Shown: positions 18,315 to 28,502, counted from the first letter of the stretch. The stretch is 64,000 bases of DNA from Gammaproteobacteria bacterium (GCA_965116495.1 OZ220696.1:3936001-4000000), one strand, 5' to 3'. Program-made: numbers and translations. Notes: generated from the sequence alone by a model not told the origin.

Positions 18315-19373
18315 ATGTCAGACACACAAAATGAACACCCACTAAGCCTGGACCACGCCGCAATCTGGGTCGAAGACATGGAAAAAACAGTCGGCTTCCT
18401 CACTGACGTGGTAGGCTGGCGGCGCCATCCCATGGAGATTATGGTGAGTGACGAGGACGAAACCACCGGCGGCATGGAGGCCGTGTTCGTCGACGCCAAC
18501 GGCATATGGCTGGAAATGATATTACCCACGTCACCCGGTCCGGGCATGGACATCCTCAAGGAAAAAGGCGACGGCGCCATCATTGAGATCAACTTCGAGC
18601 CCGGCAATTACGATGCAGTGCTGGATGACATGAAGGCCAGGGGCATCCCGATGTTCAACATGGACGGTTCTCCCCTGGGTGAAGACGGCGGAGTCATCAA
18701 GGAAGGCGTGGTCGATGAAGGCGATTTCGAGCATACCGGCCAGCGCATTGCCTATTGGTCCACCGAACTGAGTCGGGGGACGGTCGTCGAGATCTTCGAG
18801 GTGATCAAGGGTGACGAACTCAACCTGATCAGCCAGCGCGATCGGCAGTGGGAAAAGGAGAGCCTGCAACAGCAAGGGCCGCGCATGAGCCACATTTCCA
18901 TCGTCGTTGCGGACCTGGAGCGCACGGCCGGTTTCTATACCGATGTTATGGGGCTGAAACGGCACCCGATGCAACTGGGCATTGACGGCGCTTCCAACGA
19001 GGAGATCGGCGGCATGAAGGCCGCGTTCATCGATGCGGGCGATGTCTGGCTGGAACTGTTCCAGCCTGTCGGTCCCGGACCGCTCATGGACCTGCTGAAT
19101 GAAAAAGGCGACGGTTACGTAGCGGAATTGTGTACCGAAGTCGATGACCTGGCTGCGTATTACGACGAAATGAAAGCAAAAGGCGTGCAGATGGTGGGCA
19201 TCGACGGAACACCGCTGGATGACAGTGAAAAGTATTACGTGCTCGACCCCTATGGCGAGAAGATAGCCTATTTCCCCGCTGAGGTGAGCCGCGGCATGAC
19301 CATCGAAGTCATCGAGAGAGGGCCCCGGGAGACCAGCATCCTGCACCGGCGCGATGATGCGTGGAAAGACTGA
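18315..19373 (+). CDS. VOC-superfamily protein with two tandem methylmalonyl-CoA-epimerase-like modules
   Basis: Internal duplication (DHAAIWV/SHISIVV, WLEMILP/WLELFQP, EKGDG twice). Start moved to ATG 18315 (RBS AGGAG). Confidence 0.8.
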   Translation: MSDTQNEHPLSLDHAAIWVEDMEKTVGFLTDVVGWRRHPMEIMVSDEDETTGGMEAVFVDANGIWLEMILPTSPGPGMDILKEKGDGAIIEINFEPGNYDAVLDDMKARGIPMFNMDGSPLGEDGGVIKEGVVDEGDFEHTGQRIAYWSTELSRGTVVEIFEVIKGDELNLISQRDRQWEKESLQQQGPRMSHISIVVADLERTAGFYTDVMGLKRHPMQLGIDGASNEEIGGMKAAFIDAGDVWLELFQPVGPGPLMDLLNEKGDGYVAELCTEVDDLAAYYDEMKAKGVQMVGIDGTPLDDSEKYYVLDPYGEKIAYFPAEVSRGMTIEVIERGPRETSILHRRDDAWKD

Positions 19374-19451
19374 TCGGGAATAACCCGTATTCTCTCCTGC
19401 TCAATGATTCAGGCTGGGATGCATTCGTGCTAATCTACTGATTGGTGAGAT

Positions 19452-20801
19452 ATGCAGGCTAGCAGTTTGGATGTTATCCAACAGGACATTTTCACGGCCT
19501 ACCGGAAACTGACCCCCGCGTCCGGGGCATACTATCAACGCGCCCGCCAGTCATTGGCCGGTGGCACTACCGGGAATTTACGTTTTTTCCCGCCATATCC
19601 TGTTTATGAAACCGGTGGCCGGGGCGCCAGGGTCACGGATCTGGACGGTAACGAGTACATCGACTGTTTTCTCTGCAACGGTCCTCTTCTGCTGGGCCAT
19701 AATCATCCGGATGTGATCGCCACTATAGCAAGGCACAGCAAAACGGGTCCGCTGGTCGTCAACCCCCCCATCATTGCAGAGGCCGCGGAACTGGTGCAGG
19801 AAACTGTCCCCTGCGCCGAGCGGGTGCGATTCCTGAACAGCGGCACCGAGGCCGTCATTATGGCCGTGCGCTATGCGCGGGCCTTCACCGGCAACAGCAA
19901 GCTCGTTAAATTCTACGGCCACTACCACGGCCAGGCTGACCAGTTCCTGACCGGACTTGGGCCGACCGCTGAACCGTTCGGCGCCGGTGTTCCCGGTGAG
20001 GCGGCAAGCAACACCTTATTGACCGGCTATGGCGATATCGATGCATTGGCAAAACTTATGGAAAACCACGATGACATCGCAGCCGTCATCCTGGATCCGG
20101 CAATGCACGCGGGAGGGTTGTGGGGTAGCAACGGATCATTCCTGCAAGCCGTTAGATCTCTCACGTTGGCGCGTAACATCGTACTCATATTCGATGAAGT
20201 GATTACCGGTTTTCGCCTGGCGCTGGGTGGCGGTCAGGCTTACTACGGCGTGACGCCGGATTTAACCACTCTCGGCAAGGCCCTTGCTGCGGGAGAGAAG
20301 CTGGCCGCGGTTGCAGGTAAAGAGGAAATCATGCGCGTGGTTGATCCCCTGGCGGCTTCCGGTACGCCGCGTGTTTTCCAGTCCGGCACAGGTAACGACG
20401 GTAGCGCGGGCATTGCAGGCGCCATCGGCGCAATCAGGACATACCAGCAACTGAATGAGAGGGGAGAATACAGTCACCTGTTCAATATCGGTGAAGCGCT
20501 GGCCGAAGGTATCCACCAGGCATTTTCGTCCCGGGAGATACCTTGTCATGTGAACCGGTTGGGGCCCATGCTGCAGCTTTTCCTCTCGGCAGAAGAACCC
20601 GGTTTCGAGCGCTTTTCCTTACTGGACATGAAGGTGTTATCACTATTCTTTCTGGCGCTCATTAACGAAGGGGTGATCCTGACATTGCCCACCTCGCACC
20701 ACATTTACCTGTCTTTTATGCATAGCAGCGAGGACATCGACGTCATCATTGACAGGACGAACCTGGTTCTGGATAAATATGATTTCAGATCACTGTTATA
20801 G
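19452..20801 (+). CDS. Class III PLP aminotransferase, GSA-aminomutase-like subgroup
   Basis: NSGTEA, HYHG, IFDEVITGFR, PDLTTLGK. Confidence 0.88.
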   Translation: MQASSLDVIQQDIFTAYRKLTPASGAYYQRARQSLAGGTTGNLRFFPPYPVYETGGRGARVTDLDGNEYIDCFLCNGPLLLGHNHPDVIATIARHSKTGPLVVNPPIIAEAAELVQETVPCAERVRFLNSGTEAVIMAVRYARAFTGNSKLVKFYGHYHGQADQFLTGLGPTAEPFGAGVPGEAASNTLLTGYGDIDALAKLMENHDDIAAVILDPAMHAGGLWGSNGSFLQAVRSLTLARNIVLIFDEVITGFRLALGGGQAYYGVTPDLTTLGKALAAGEKLAAVAGKEEIMRVVDPLAASGTPRVFQSGTGNDGSAGIAGAIGAIRTYQQLNERGEYSHLFNIGEALAEGIHQAFSSREIPCHVNRLGPMLQLFLSAEEPGFERFSLLDMKVLSLFFLALINEGVILTLPTSHHIYLSFMHSSEDIDVIIDRTNLVLDKYDFRSLL

Positions 20802-20860
20802 AATTCATCCCTGGCTGCAGGGATTAACTCGCGTTTTCAACATACAACCGGAGTACTACC

Positions 20861-22294
20861 ATGACTGACACGAGCAAAGCGGAGCTGGACAGGCTGTTTG
20901 AACAACAAAAAGCTGCCTTCCTGGCCGACAACAATCCCTCCTATGAACAACGGATGGAATGGCTGCAGGCCATGGAGAAGATGATGGTCGACTTGCGTCA
21001 GCCCATCCGTGATGCGCTGGGCCGGGATTTTGACTCTCACCCGGAGTTGATTACCGACCTGTTTGAAACCGGCGGGGTACTGGGCCGTTGTCGCAATGCC
21101 ATGGTCCATTTGCAGGAATGGATGGCCCCGGAAGAGCGGCCTTTGCTGGATATAATTCATGGGTCATCACGTTGTGAAATCGTCAAACAACCCAAAGGCG
21201 TGATGGGTAACATAGCACCCTGGAATTTTCCCATTGAGTGTTCCCTGGTCATGGTCGTTGACATGCTGGCGGCCGGCAACCGCGTTATCGTCAAGATGTC
21301 TGAACTGGCCCCGGTAACCGCAGACCTTATCCGGGAGAGTGTCGGCAAGTATTTTCCGGAAGACGTGCTGGCCGTCGTTATCGGCGATGTTGAGTTTTCC
21401 GAGTATTTTTCCGAATTACGTTGGGACCACCTGACCTATACGGGCAACACCAACGTGGGACGGCTGGTCATGCAGGCGGCGGCAAAGAACCTGACCCCGG
21501 TGACCCTGGAACTGGGCGGCAAGAATCCGACCATTTTCCTTGAAGATGGAGTCGACGAGCAACTGATCAAGGAATACCTGAGCTTCAAGTTCTGCAAGAA
21601 CGGACAAATTTGTACATCCCCCGACTATGCCCTGGTACCTGAAGGCTTGCTGGATACCTGGCTGGAACTGGCCAGGAAGGTATGGAAGGAAGCCTATCCC
21701 ACCTATATCGGCCATCCTGATGTAACCGGCATCATCAATGAACGCCATTATGACCGCATCATCAAATCCCTCGAAGAAGCGGGCAACAGCGGCGCCCAGG
21801 TGATTAACCTGAGTGATGAAGAACCGGACCGTGCACGGCGTCAAATCCCGATGTACCTGGTGGTGAACCCTGCAGATGACCAGGAAGTCATGCGCGAAGA
21901 AACCTTTGGCCCTGTTACGCCGGTGCGGACCTACAAGACCCTGGACGAGGCTTATGCCTACATTAACAGCCGCGAGCGCCCCCTGGCTTCTTACCTGGTG
22001 ACCATGGCCCGTGAGCCGGAAACGGTCGAGCAATTCAAGCGTGGTATTGTTTCAGGCGGCGCCGGCATCAATGTCTTTGGTTTCCAGGCAGCGGAGCCGA
22101 CCGCACCCTTCGGCGGGATTGGATCCAGCGGTACCGGGTGTCATGGCGGCCCCCAGGGATTTAACAATTATTCCCATTCCAAGACCGTGTATAACTGTTC
22201 CCAGGACAATCCCCTGAAGATGTCCGTCTGCGCGCCCTATGGTGAGATCACACAGGCCTTTGCGGATGGCATTTTTGCCGTGCATGAACAATAG
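20861..22294 (+). CDS. Aldehyde dehydrogenase (coniferyl-aldehyde DH / class 3-like)
   Basis: PWNFP, LELGGKNP, GQICTSPDY, EETFGP, PFGGIGSSG. Confidence 0.92.
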   Translation: MTDTSKAELDRLFEQQKAAFLADNNPSYEQRMEWLQAMEKMMVDLRQPIRDALGRDFDSHPELITDLFETGGVLGRCRNAMVHLQEWMAPEERPLLDIIHGSSRCEIVKQPKGVMGNIAPWNFPIECSLVMVVDMLAAGNRVIVKMSELAPVTADLIRESVGKYFPEDVLAVVIGDVEFSEYFSELRWDHLTYTGNTNVGRLVMQAAAKNLTPVTLELGGKNPTIFLEDGVDEQLIKEYLSFKFCKNGQICTSPDYALVPEGLLDTWLELARKVWKEAYPTYIGHPDVTGIINERHYDRIIKSLEEAGNSGAQVINLSDEEPDRARRQIPMYLVVNPADDQEVMREETFGPVTPVRTYKTLDEAYAYINSRERPLASYLVTMAREPETVEQFKRGIVSGGAGINVFGFQAAEPTAPFGGIGSSGTGCHGGPQGFNNYSHSKTVYNCSQDNPLKMSVCAPYGEITQAFADGIFAVHEQ

Positions 22295-23083
22295 ATGAAC
22301 AGTTCCGTCAACCCCCTTTCCCAGGAGTCCAAGGTTGCCCTGGTCACCGGCGCCGCCGGTGGTATCGGCAGCGCAGTGGCTATTACCCTGGCGCAACAGG
22401 GGGCATCCATTATTCTTACCGATCAGGAATCCGAGTCAGACAGGCTGACCCAAACCAGGCAATCCATAGAGAAGCTTGGGCAACCGGTTACCGCGCTGTT
22501 CGCTGACCTGGCCGCCGGAGAGCAGATTGATGTACTGGTAGAGCGTGCCTACGAGGAATTCGGATCCATCGACGTGCTGGTGAACGTTGCAGCCATCCAC
22601 CGTTATCCTGATCCCTTGCTGAAAATAAGCGAAGCGGACTGGGACCTGGTCCAGAACGTAAATTTCAAGAGCTGTTTACGCCTGTGCCAGCGCATTGTAC
22701 CCAACATGGTCAAACAAGGCTCCGGCAACGTGATAACTGTTGCTTCGGACAGCGCCTTTGATGTTATTGCCGGGGAAGGGCCTTACGGTATTTCCAAGAT
22801 CAGCCTGACCAAGCTCGCCGCCTATCTTGCCAAAGAAATTGCCGGCTCGGGTGTGCGTATAAACGCCATTGCCCCCGGTTGGGTAAGAACACCCTTGATA
22901 GAACAATACTGGTCGGATCCCGAATTCATGCGGGAAGCCAAGGCCGGCATTCCTTTGCAGCGCATTGCCGAACCCGAAGAAATTGCAAACGTGGTCCTGT
23001 TCCTGGCCTCGGACCTGGCAAGCTATGTCCATGGCCATTGCATGGTGGTAGACGGCGGGCGTATTGCCGGCGTGCCCTGTTAG
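22295..23083 (+). CDS. Short-chain dehydrogenase/reductase
   Basis: TGAAGGIG, YGISK, VDGG. Confidence 0.9.
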   Translation: MNSSVNPLSQESKVALVTGAAGGIGSAVAITLAQQGASIILTDQESESDRLTQTRQSIEKLGQPVTALFADLAAGEQIDVLVERAYEEFGSIDVLVNVAAIHRYPDPLLKISEADWDLVQNVNFKSCLRLCQRIVPNMVKQGSGNVITVASDSAFDVIAGEGPYGISKISLTKLAAYLAKEIAGSGVRINAIAPGWVRTPLIEQYWSDPEFMREAKAGIPLQRIAEPEEIANVVLFLASDLASYVHGHCMVVDGGRIAGVPC

Positions 23084-23122
23084 TCAGGGTCCATGATAGA
23101 AGTGCCTGTCTGAACATCGCTT

Positions 23123-23501
23123 ATGCAGGAATTTGTCAGCAAGGTGGCGCTGGTAACCGGAGCAGGTTCGGGTATTGGGCGCGCCACATCCTTGGGCTTT
23201 GCCAGGTGCGGCGCAAAAGTAGTGGTTGCCGATATCAACCTTTCGGCTGCGGACGATACGGTAAAGATCATCAAATCAGAAGGTGGACAGGCGACGGCGA
23301 TGCAGGTTGATGTGTCCAGTTTGCCCGCCGTCGAGGACATGGTAGCGCAGACTGTTGCCTAAAGCGCTGGAATCCGAGCCCATAGGACGTTTCGGCCAAC
23401 CGGGGGAGGTGGCCAATGCAGTCATCTGGCTCTGCTCCGAGCAGGCCTCCTTTGTCACAGGTCACGCGTTGGCCGTGGACGGTGGTTACGTAGCTCAATA
23501 A
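23123..23501 (+). pseudogene. SDR pseudogene with internal deletion
   Basis: 79-aa N-terminus (TGAGSGIG) is joined out of frame to the C-terminus [34 protein letters not shown]. The NNAG and YxxxK core is missing. Confidence 0.88.
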
Positions 23502-23687
23502 AACACTTTATAATTTGGCGGATGCCTGGTATCACAAATTAAAGATACTATTTTCTCGAAGGTCAATATTGGCTGGAAAGGGTGCGGGTTTTGAGGGATG
23601 GGTAGTTTAACTACAGAGGGCAAGTCCGTCCCGGGATTGCCCGTTGGCCCTCAGAAACATATGTGGGTATAAGTAGAGAAACAATAT

Positions 23688-24090
23688 ATGGCTGTAAATT
23701 TACGGCGCCCCTCAATCAGCACATCTTTCATAGAAAATTTTGATTTTCTAAAGCGGTTCCTGACGCGCTATTTTTCAGAACGGCAGGATATTGAGGATGT
23801 GGTGCAGGAAACCTATTTACGTGCCTACGGCGCCGAGCAGAAAAAAGTCATTGAACATCCCAGGGCATTTCTCTTTCAAATTGCCAAAAACCTGGCCCTG
23901 ACGGAGTTGAAAAAAAGTCCAGACAGATTTACGATTACATTGATGATTACGATTTGCCCCTGGCCATTGGCCAGGATGACCCTGTGCAGGGAGAAGTTGA
24001 GGCAAAGCAGAATATCGGACTCTACTGTGAAGCCGTAGCCGCCCTGCCGGAACAATGTCGACGTGTCTTTCTGTTACGTACACTGATTAA
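23688..24090 (+). pseudogene. ECF (FecI-like) sigma factor pseudogene
   Basis: DIEDVVQETYLR..PRAFLFQIAKNLA, a frameshift at the A-run near 23910, then KSRQIYDYI..EAVAALPEQCRRVFLLR, cut off at the repeat element before the region-4 HTH. Confidence 0.85.
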
Positions 24091-24276
24091 AGGGCGCCTC
24101 TAAAAATTAGAGGCGCCCGTGCAGTGTATGGACGTGCTGCCATTTAATCATGACATTCATCCTGAAGCGTCACCCTTCGGGCAGCCTGTGCTGTACCAAT
24201 CGGCGGTCATGCCGATTGGTCACGCAAGTGATTGAAAATGAAGGAAACGGAAAATCAACATTTTTAGAGGTTCCTT
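24091..24276. mobile_element. MITE-like non-autonomous element
   Basis: Imperfect terminal inverted repeats AGGGCGCCTCTAAAAAT / ATTTTTAGAGGTTCCTT with TTAA at both junctions; internal hairpins at 24092-24118 and 24195-24220; no ORF. Confidence 0.6.
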
Positions 24277-24373
24277 AAATCTCATAGGCTCAGGAAATAT
24301 TAGAACATTTCTTCCGGTATATCCAGGCAGGTGGTATCTGGCCCGGATAGCAATACTGCCATCGCTTCCATCA

Positions 24374-25468
24374 TTAACCCTTTCGTATCTGTTTCATTAT
24401 GCCTGCAGTGGTTTGATACGTGGTTCCCTTACCGCGCCCCTGTTTCCTGATTACCCCTTTGTCGACAAGCCGTTTGAGCAGGGTTTTGAGGCCGGAACGG
24501 GTCATATCCGTATTTTCCAGTATGTAAGCGATTTTGCACTCGCCGACGCCTTCAATGACCTGGAATACGTGTTTTTCGTTGGCGTTCATCACCCCGACAG
24601 GCGCTTCCTTCATAATTGTACTGTTTAAATAGTCGGCCTGTATTGAAAGGGTTGTTAAAAAGAAGTCAAGCCAGTCTCCGTACTCTGGCTGTGCGGCTTC
24701 CAGTGTGGATTGTGTGTTTCTCAGGCTCACATAGTAACGTTCTTTATTATCCTCAACGATCTTTTCGTGTGAAGCATATTGGGCCCACCTGTAACCATGC
24801 CGCAATAAAAGCAAGGTGGTAAGGAGACGGCTCAATCTGCCGTTGCCGTCACGAAATGGATGAATCGCAAGGAAATGAACGATGAACCCGCCAATAACAA
24901 TGAGCGGGTGACACTCATCGCCTGAGACAAGTTCGTTGTATCCGGATACAAGACCGGTCATTGCCGCCTGGGTGGCCGGGCCGGGTAATGTCGTTTTAAA
25001 CCATGTTCTGATCACTTCACCTGTTGCGCTGTCGATTTCAACGACATCGTTGATGATATCCTTGTATGCGCCCCTCTGTTTTGAGGGGAGTTGATCTTCC
25101 GTTAATTTATTCGTAAGCAACTGGTGCAGTTCCCTGATCGTTTTTTCGGAGATGGTGAGTTTTTCAAAATTATCATAAATATAATTTAATGCCTGAACGT
25201 ATCCTGCTACTTCTCTCTCGGACCTGGACGAGATGTCTGTTATCCGGCAACCTTTTTCCACCAGTTCCCTGACTTGCTCATCGCTCAGTACGGCGCCTTC
25301 AATCCTGGTGGACGCGCCGGAAGAAGTGATGATGGAGGCCTGTTTAAGGCTCTCCACAAGAGCGGGCCGTTGAAACCAGGTTGCCTCAAAGGTTCCCTGG
25401 AACCTTTCGATTCTGGAAATGAGGGAAGCCTGGTAACCTGTAATTGCCAGGTGGTTAATCTTCTTCAT
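24374..25468 (-). CDS. Fic family protein (class II, C-terminal winged HTH)
   Basis: HPFRDGNGRLSR catalytic motif; N-terminal inhibitory STRIEG. Confidence 0.92.
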   Translation of the reverse strand: MKKINHLAITGYQASLISRIERFQGTFEATWFQRPALVESLKQASIITSSGASTRIEGAVLSDEQVRELVEKGCRITDISSRSEREVAGYVQALNYIYDNFEKLTISEKTIRELHQLLTNKLTEDQLPSKQRGAYKDIINDVVEIDSATGEVIRTWFKTTLPGPATQAAMTGLVSGYNELVSGDECHPLIVIGGFIVHFLAIHPFRDGNGRLSRLLTTLLLLRHGYRWAQYASHEKIVEDNKERYYVSLRNTQSTLEAAQPEYGDWLDFFLTTLSIQADYLNSTIMKEAPVGVMNANEKHVFQVIEGVGECKIAYILENTDMTRSGLKTLLKRLVDKGVIRKQGRGKGTTYQTTAGIMKQIRKG

Positions 25469-25539
25469 GGCTAACATCCAAAAAGCACCCATATAACATC
25501 CATATTTTAACACGTGAAACAGCCAAATAACAGCTAAAA

Positions 25540-25670
25540 AGTGTTGCCGCCGACAATAACGGAAGGATGGGGTTGCTGCACCGGCTTGGGATAGAAGCGA
25601 CAGGCGGGCAGACTATAAAATTCATCCTGATACCCGGTGCGCCAGCATCGCCCAGAGACGTCGCAGGGTT
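25540..25670 (-). pseudogene. Fragment of a third LLM oxidoreductase
   Basis: Reverse strand reads LRRLW..(frameshift)..YQDEFYSLPACRFYPKPVQQPHPSVIVGGNT, matching the two intact LLM paralogs. Confidence 0.85.
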
Positions 25671-25768
25671 GTTCCCGGGGTTTGCACGCCGAGTGGACCA
25701 GGGCGCGTTCGACCTATTACCATGAAAATTCGGTGATTACTGCTGATATTTCAGTGTAGTGACAGCTT

Positions 25769-26938
25769 TTATATCCTTGGCCGCAGTTCGATATTTTGGA
25801 TCAGTTTCAGAGGCAATGCGGTGATTGTCCCAGTGAGGGCATACTTCTGCTCACCGGGATAGACTACCCACAAGCGCTCCAGCCCCAGGTCTTCGATGAC
25901 CACGTGCATGGACTTCGTCGTGCGCGGTGCGTCGGTGCATTTGAACTCGAAGCCCCAGCGCTGTCCCCGTCGCAACAACATCAGGTCCAACTCAGCGCCG
26001 CGCTGGGTCCTGTAGAAATAAGCCTCGCGTTCACCATGCGCAATGAGCGTCTGCTCCAGGGCGAATCCTTCCCAGCTAGCGCCGTAGCGCGGGTGTACCT
26101 GCAACTCCTTCATTTCTTCCAACCCCATCAGGAAGTGCAGGATTCCGCTGTCACGCAGGAATACTTTTGGCGCCTTGATCAAGCGCTTGCCGAGTTTTTC
26201 GTACCAGGGCGGCAGTACGCGCAACATGAAAGAACCTGTCAGCAGGTCGCGGTAGTGGTTTACCGCGGTAACGCTCACGTCCATTGAGCGTCCCAGCTCC
26301 GCTGCATTCCAGGTTTGTCCGTGATAATGCGCCAGCATCCTCCAGAAGCGGCCCAGTGCTTCAGGTGATACCTTCGATCCCAGCCCGGGAATGTCCCGCT
26401 CCAGGAACGTGCGCGTAAACGATTGCATCCAACGTGCCCACGCCGGTGTTGACGCCGCCAGCCAGGCCCGTGGAAAACCGCCCCGCATCCACAGGCTGTC
26501 CTGGTTTTGTGGGCCCGCCTCGGCCAGTGAGAAGCCTCCCACGTCCACAAAGAGAATCCGCCCGGCCAGCGTTTCAGACACCCCCTTGATCAAGTCCAGA
26601 GAGGCACTTCCCAACAGCAGAAAGACCGCTTTCCGGCTTTGGCTGTCACAGATTGGACGCAGTAATTCAAAAAGCGCCGGCATTCGTTGCACTTCGTCGA
26701 GAATAACCAGGCCTTGGCTCTCACGCAGCAGTTTCTCGGGAGTCATGGACAGCGCTTCCCGCGTCGCGGCGACCTCGAGGTCGAAAATTGTGAATGGGCC
26801 CGACCACGCTGACGCCACCTGCCCGGCGAGAGTAGTCTTGCCAACCTGGCGGGCTCCCAGCAATGCTACTACCGGGGCCTCGGAGAGGCCTCCGATAACA
26901 GCAGAGAGGAGGTCTGCTCGTGTTATATATTGTTGCAT
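25769..26938 (-). CDS. AAA+ ATPase with DUF4143 / nuclease-like C-terminus
   Basis: GARQVGKTT, ILDEVQ, ETLAGR, GGFP, PKVFLRDSG, ELDL..FEFK. Confidence 0.9.
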   Translation of the reverse strand: MQQYITRADLLSAVIGGLSEAPVVALLGARQVGKTTLAGQVASAWSGPFTIFDLEVAATREALSMTPEKLLRESQGLVILDEVQRMPALFELLRPICDSQSRKAVFLLLGSASLDLIKGVSETLAGRILFVDVGGFSLAEAGPQNQDSLWMRGGFPRAWLAASTPAWARWMQSFTRTFLERDIPGLGSKVSPEALGRFWRMLAHYHGQTWNAAELGRSMDVSVTAVNHYRDLLTGSFMLRVLPPWYEKLGKRLIKAPKVFLRDSGILHFLMGLEEMKELQVHPRYGASWEGFALEQTLIAHGEREAYFYRTQRGAELDLMLLRRGQRWGFEFKCTDAPRTTKSMHVVIEDLGLERLWVVYPGEQKYALTGTITALPLKLIQNIELRPRI

Positions 26939-27059
26939 ATCTGATTTATAAAATAAGATATTCAACAATTAAATCACGAGAGTCATGTTCTGTCAATGCA
27001 CCCATCGAAACACCATATTCCGCATAAGCTCTTCCGATGGCTTCATTTTCGGTCGCAGG

Positions 27060-27335
27060 CGCCCGCTGGCGCAAAACAGCCTTAAACAGATCAGCAGATA
27101 CACCACTGAAAATTTCGGAGAGCAGCAGAAAAGGAAATATATAAAACTCCTACGAGATAAGATGCGTAGTGCGGCTAAAAGTCCCGATAAGGGCCAAAGG
27201 CGCGGTGAGATCAAAGAGGGCTATCACAGTATCCGGGCAGGAAAGCACCATATTTACTATCGTATTCAAGAAACACATATTGAAATCACCGGCGCGCTGC
27301 ACCAATCGATGGAACCAGACCTGCATCCAACGGGT
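27060..27335 (+). pseudogene. ParE/RelE-type toxin remnant without antitoxin
   Basis: PLAQNSLKQISRYTTENFGEQQ..GYHSIRAGKHHIYYR..LHQSM. No native start or stop and no parD. Confidence 0.7.
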
Positions 27336-28268
27336 CTATGTCGCCTTACCCCTGCGTATACGCCAGCCGTCAAGAAACACGGCAATAATTATCACTCCCC
27401 CCGTTATCAGGCGTTTTGCCGGTTCGGATACGCCTAGCTGCGCCAGTCCGTTCTGTAGTACTGCGACGATCAGGACGCCTGCGAATGCGCCGATAACGGT
27501 GCCGCGACCCCCCATTAAACTTGTGCCGCCGATAACCGCCGCAGCAATTGCAGCCAGTTCCATGCCGGAACCGGCATTCGGATCGGCCGACCCCAGGTAG
27601 GCTGCATTGAATACGCCTCCGAGACCTGCCAGGGCGCCGGACACGGCCAGTACCAGCAGGCGGTAGAGCCTTGTATTGATCCCGGACATGCGCGCTGCAT
27701 TGGCATTGGTGCCCGTGGCGGTGATGTAGCGTCCCAGCACTGTCCTGGTCAAAATAAACTGGCCCGCGATGACCGTCACAAGGGCAATGATTAATGCAAC
27801 GGAAACGCCGGTCCCTGTAATCGGCAACGCGAGTTTCTGGATCGAGGCGCCTATATACATAGTTTGTGAGTTCGTCGTGATATAGGCCAGTCCACGCGCC
27901 ATTTCCAGCATCCCCAGGGTGACGATAAATGAGGGAAGAGAAAGATAGGCCACCAGAATGCCGTTCATGGTGCCGCAGAGAAAACCTGCGCCTATTCCGA
28001 TCAGGCAGGCAGCATACAGGGGAAGGCCCCAGTTGAGCAGCGCCACTCCCACGACCGTGGCGCTGAAACCGAGTACGGAACCAACCGACAAATCGATGCC
28101 CCCGACAATCAGGACAAGCGTCATGCCGACAGTGACGATTGTCAGTGCGGGCAGCTGGTTAAGGATTGTTGTGAGTGTTACGAATGAAAAGAAATTGTCC
28201 GAAGCAAGGCTGAAAAACAGGATCAGCAGGACCAGGGAAACCAGGATAAAGTTTTCTCTAGCCCGCAT
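27336..28268 (-). CDS. rbsC: Ribose-type sugar ABC transporter permease (5' end interrupted by MITE)
   Basis: GGIDLSVGS, PSFIVTLG, AARMSGI, AAVIGGTSLMGGRG. Confidence 0.88.
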   Translation of the reverse strand: MRARENFILVSLVLLILFFSLASDNFFSFVTLTTILNQLPALTIVTVGMTLVLIVGGIDLSVGSVLGFSATVVGVALLNWGLPLYAACLIGIGAGFLCGTMNGILVAYLSLPSFIVTLGMLEMARGLAYITTNSQTMYIGASIQKLALPITGTGVSVALIIALVTVIAGQFILTRTVLGRYITATGTNANAARMSGINTRLYRLLVLAVSGALAGLGGVFNAAYLGSADPNAGSGMELAAIAAAVIGGTSLMGGRGTVIGAFAGVLIVAVLQNGLAQLGVSEPAKRLITGGVIIIAVFLDGWRIRRGKAT

Positions 28269-28502
28269 TTCTCACCAGGTGATGCGATGATTACGCCGGA
28301 TTTTTGCCGCCAGCGGGTGCCTGCGACCGAAAGCATAGCAGTAGCTCTGGTTGAGGGAGCACGTGCCCGCTGGCGGCAAAAAGACAAGTAAGGACGCATC
28401 AAGCGCAGTCTGTAATGTTGACATAGTAAAAACATTACCATAGCTTGTTGACAGCAAATAAATATACGATGGCAACAAGCGACCTGGTGAGAAATGCGGG
28501 CT
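28260..28502. mobile_element. 243-bp MITE with perfect 21-bp terminal inverted repeats
   Basis: AGCCCGCATTTCTCACCAGGT (28260-28280) is the exact reverse complement of 28482-28502. Confidence 0.8.

Noticed and set aside
19452-20801. Housekeeping hemL
   Set aside because: Diverges from HemL signatures (QSGTGNDG rather than a QAGTxSGNP-type motif) and sits in a catabolic operon.
23960-23974. Palindrome CTGGCCATTGGCCAG resembling the island operator
   Set aside because: Inside the sigma pseudogene coding sequence, lacks the TA ends and the AT-rich promoter context; probably chance.
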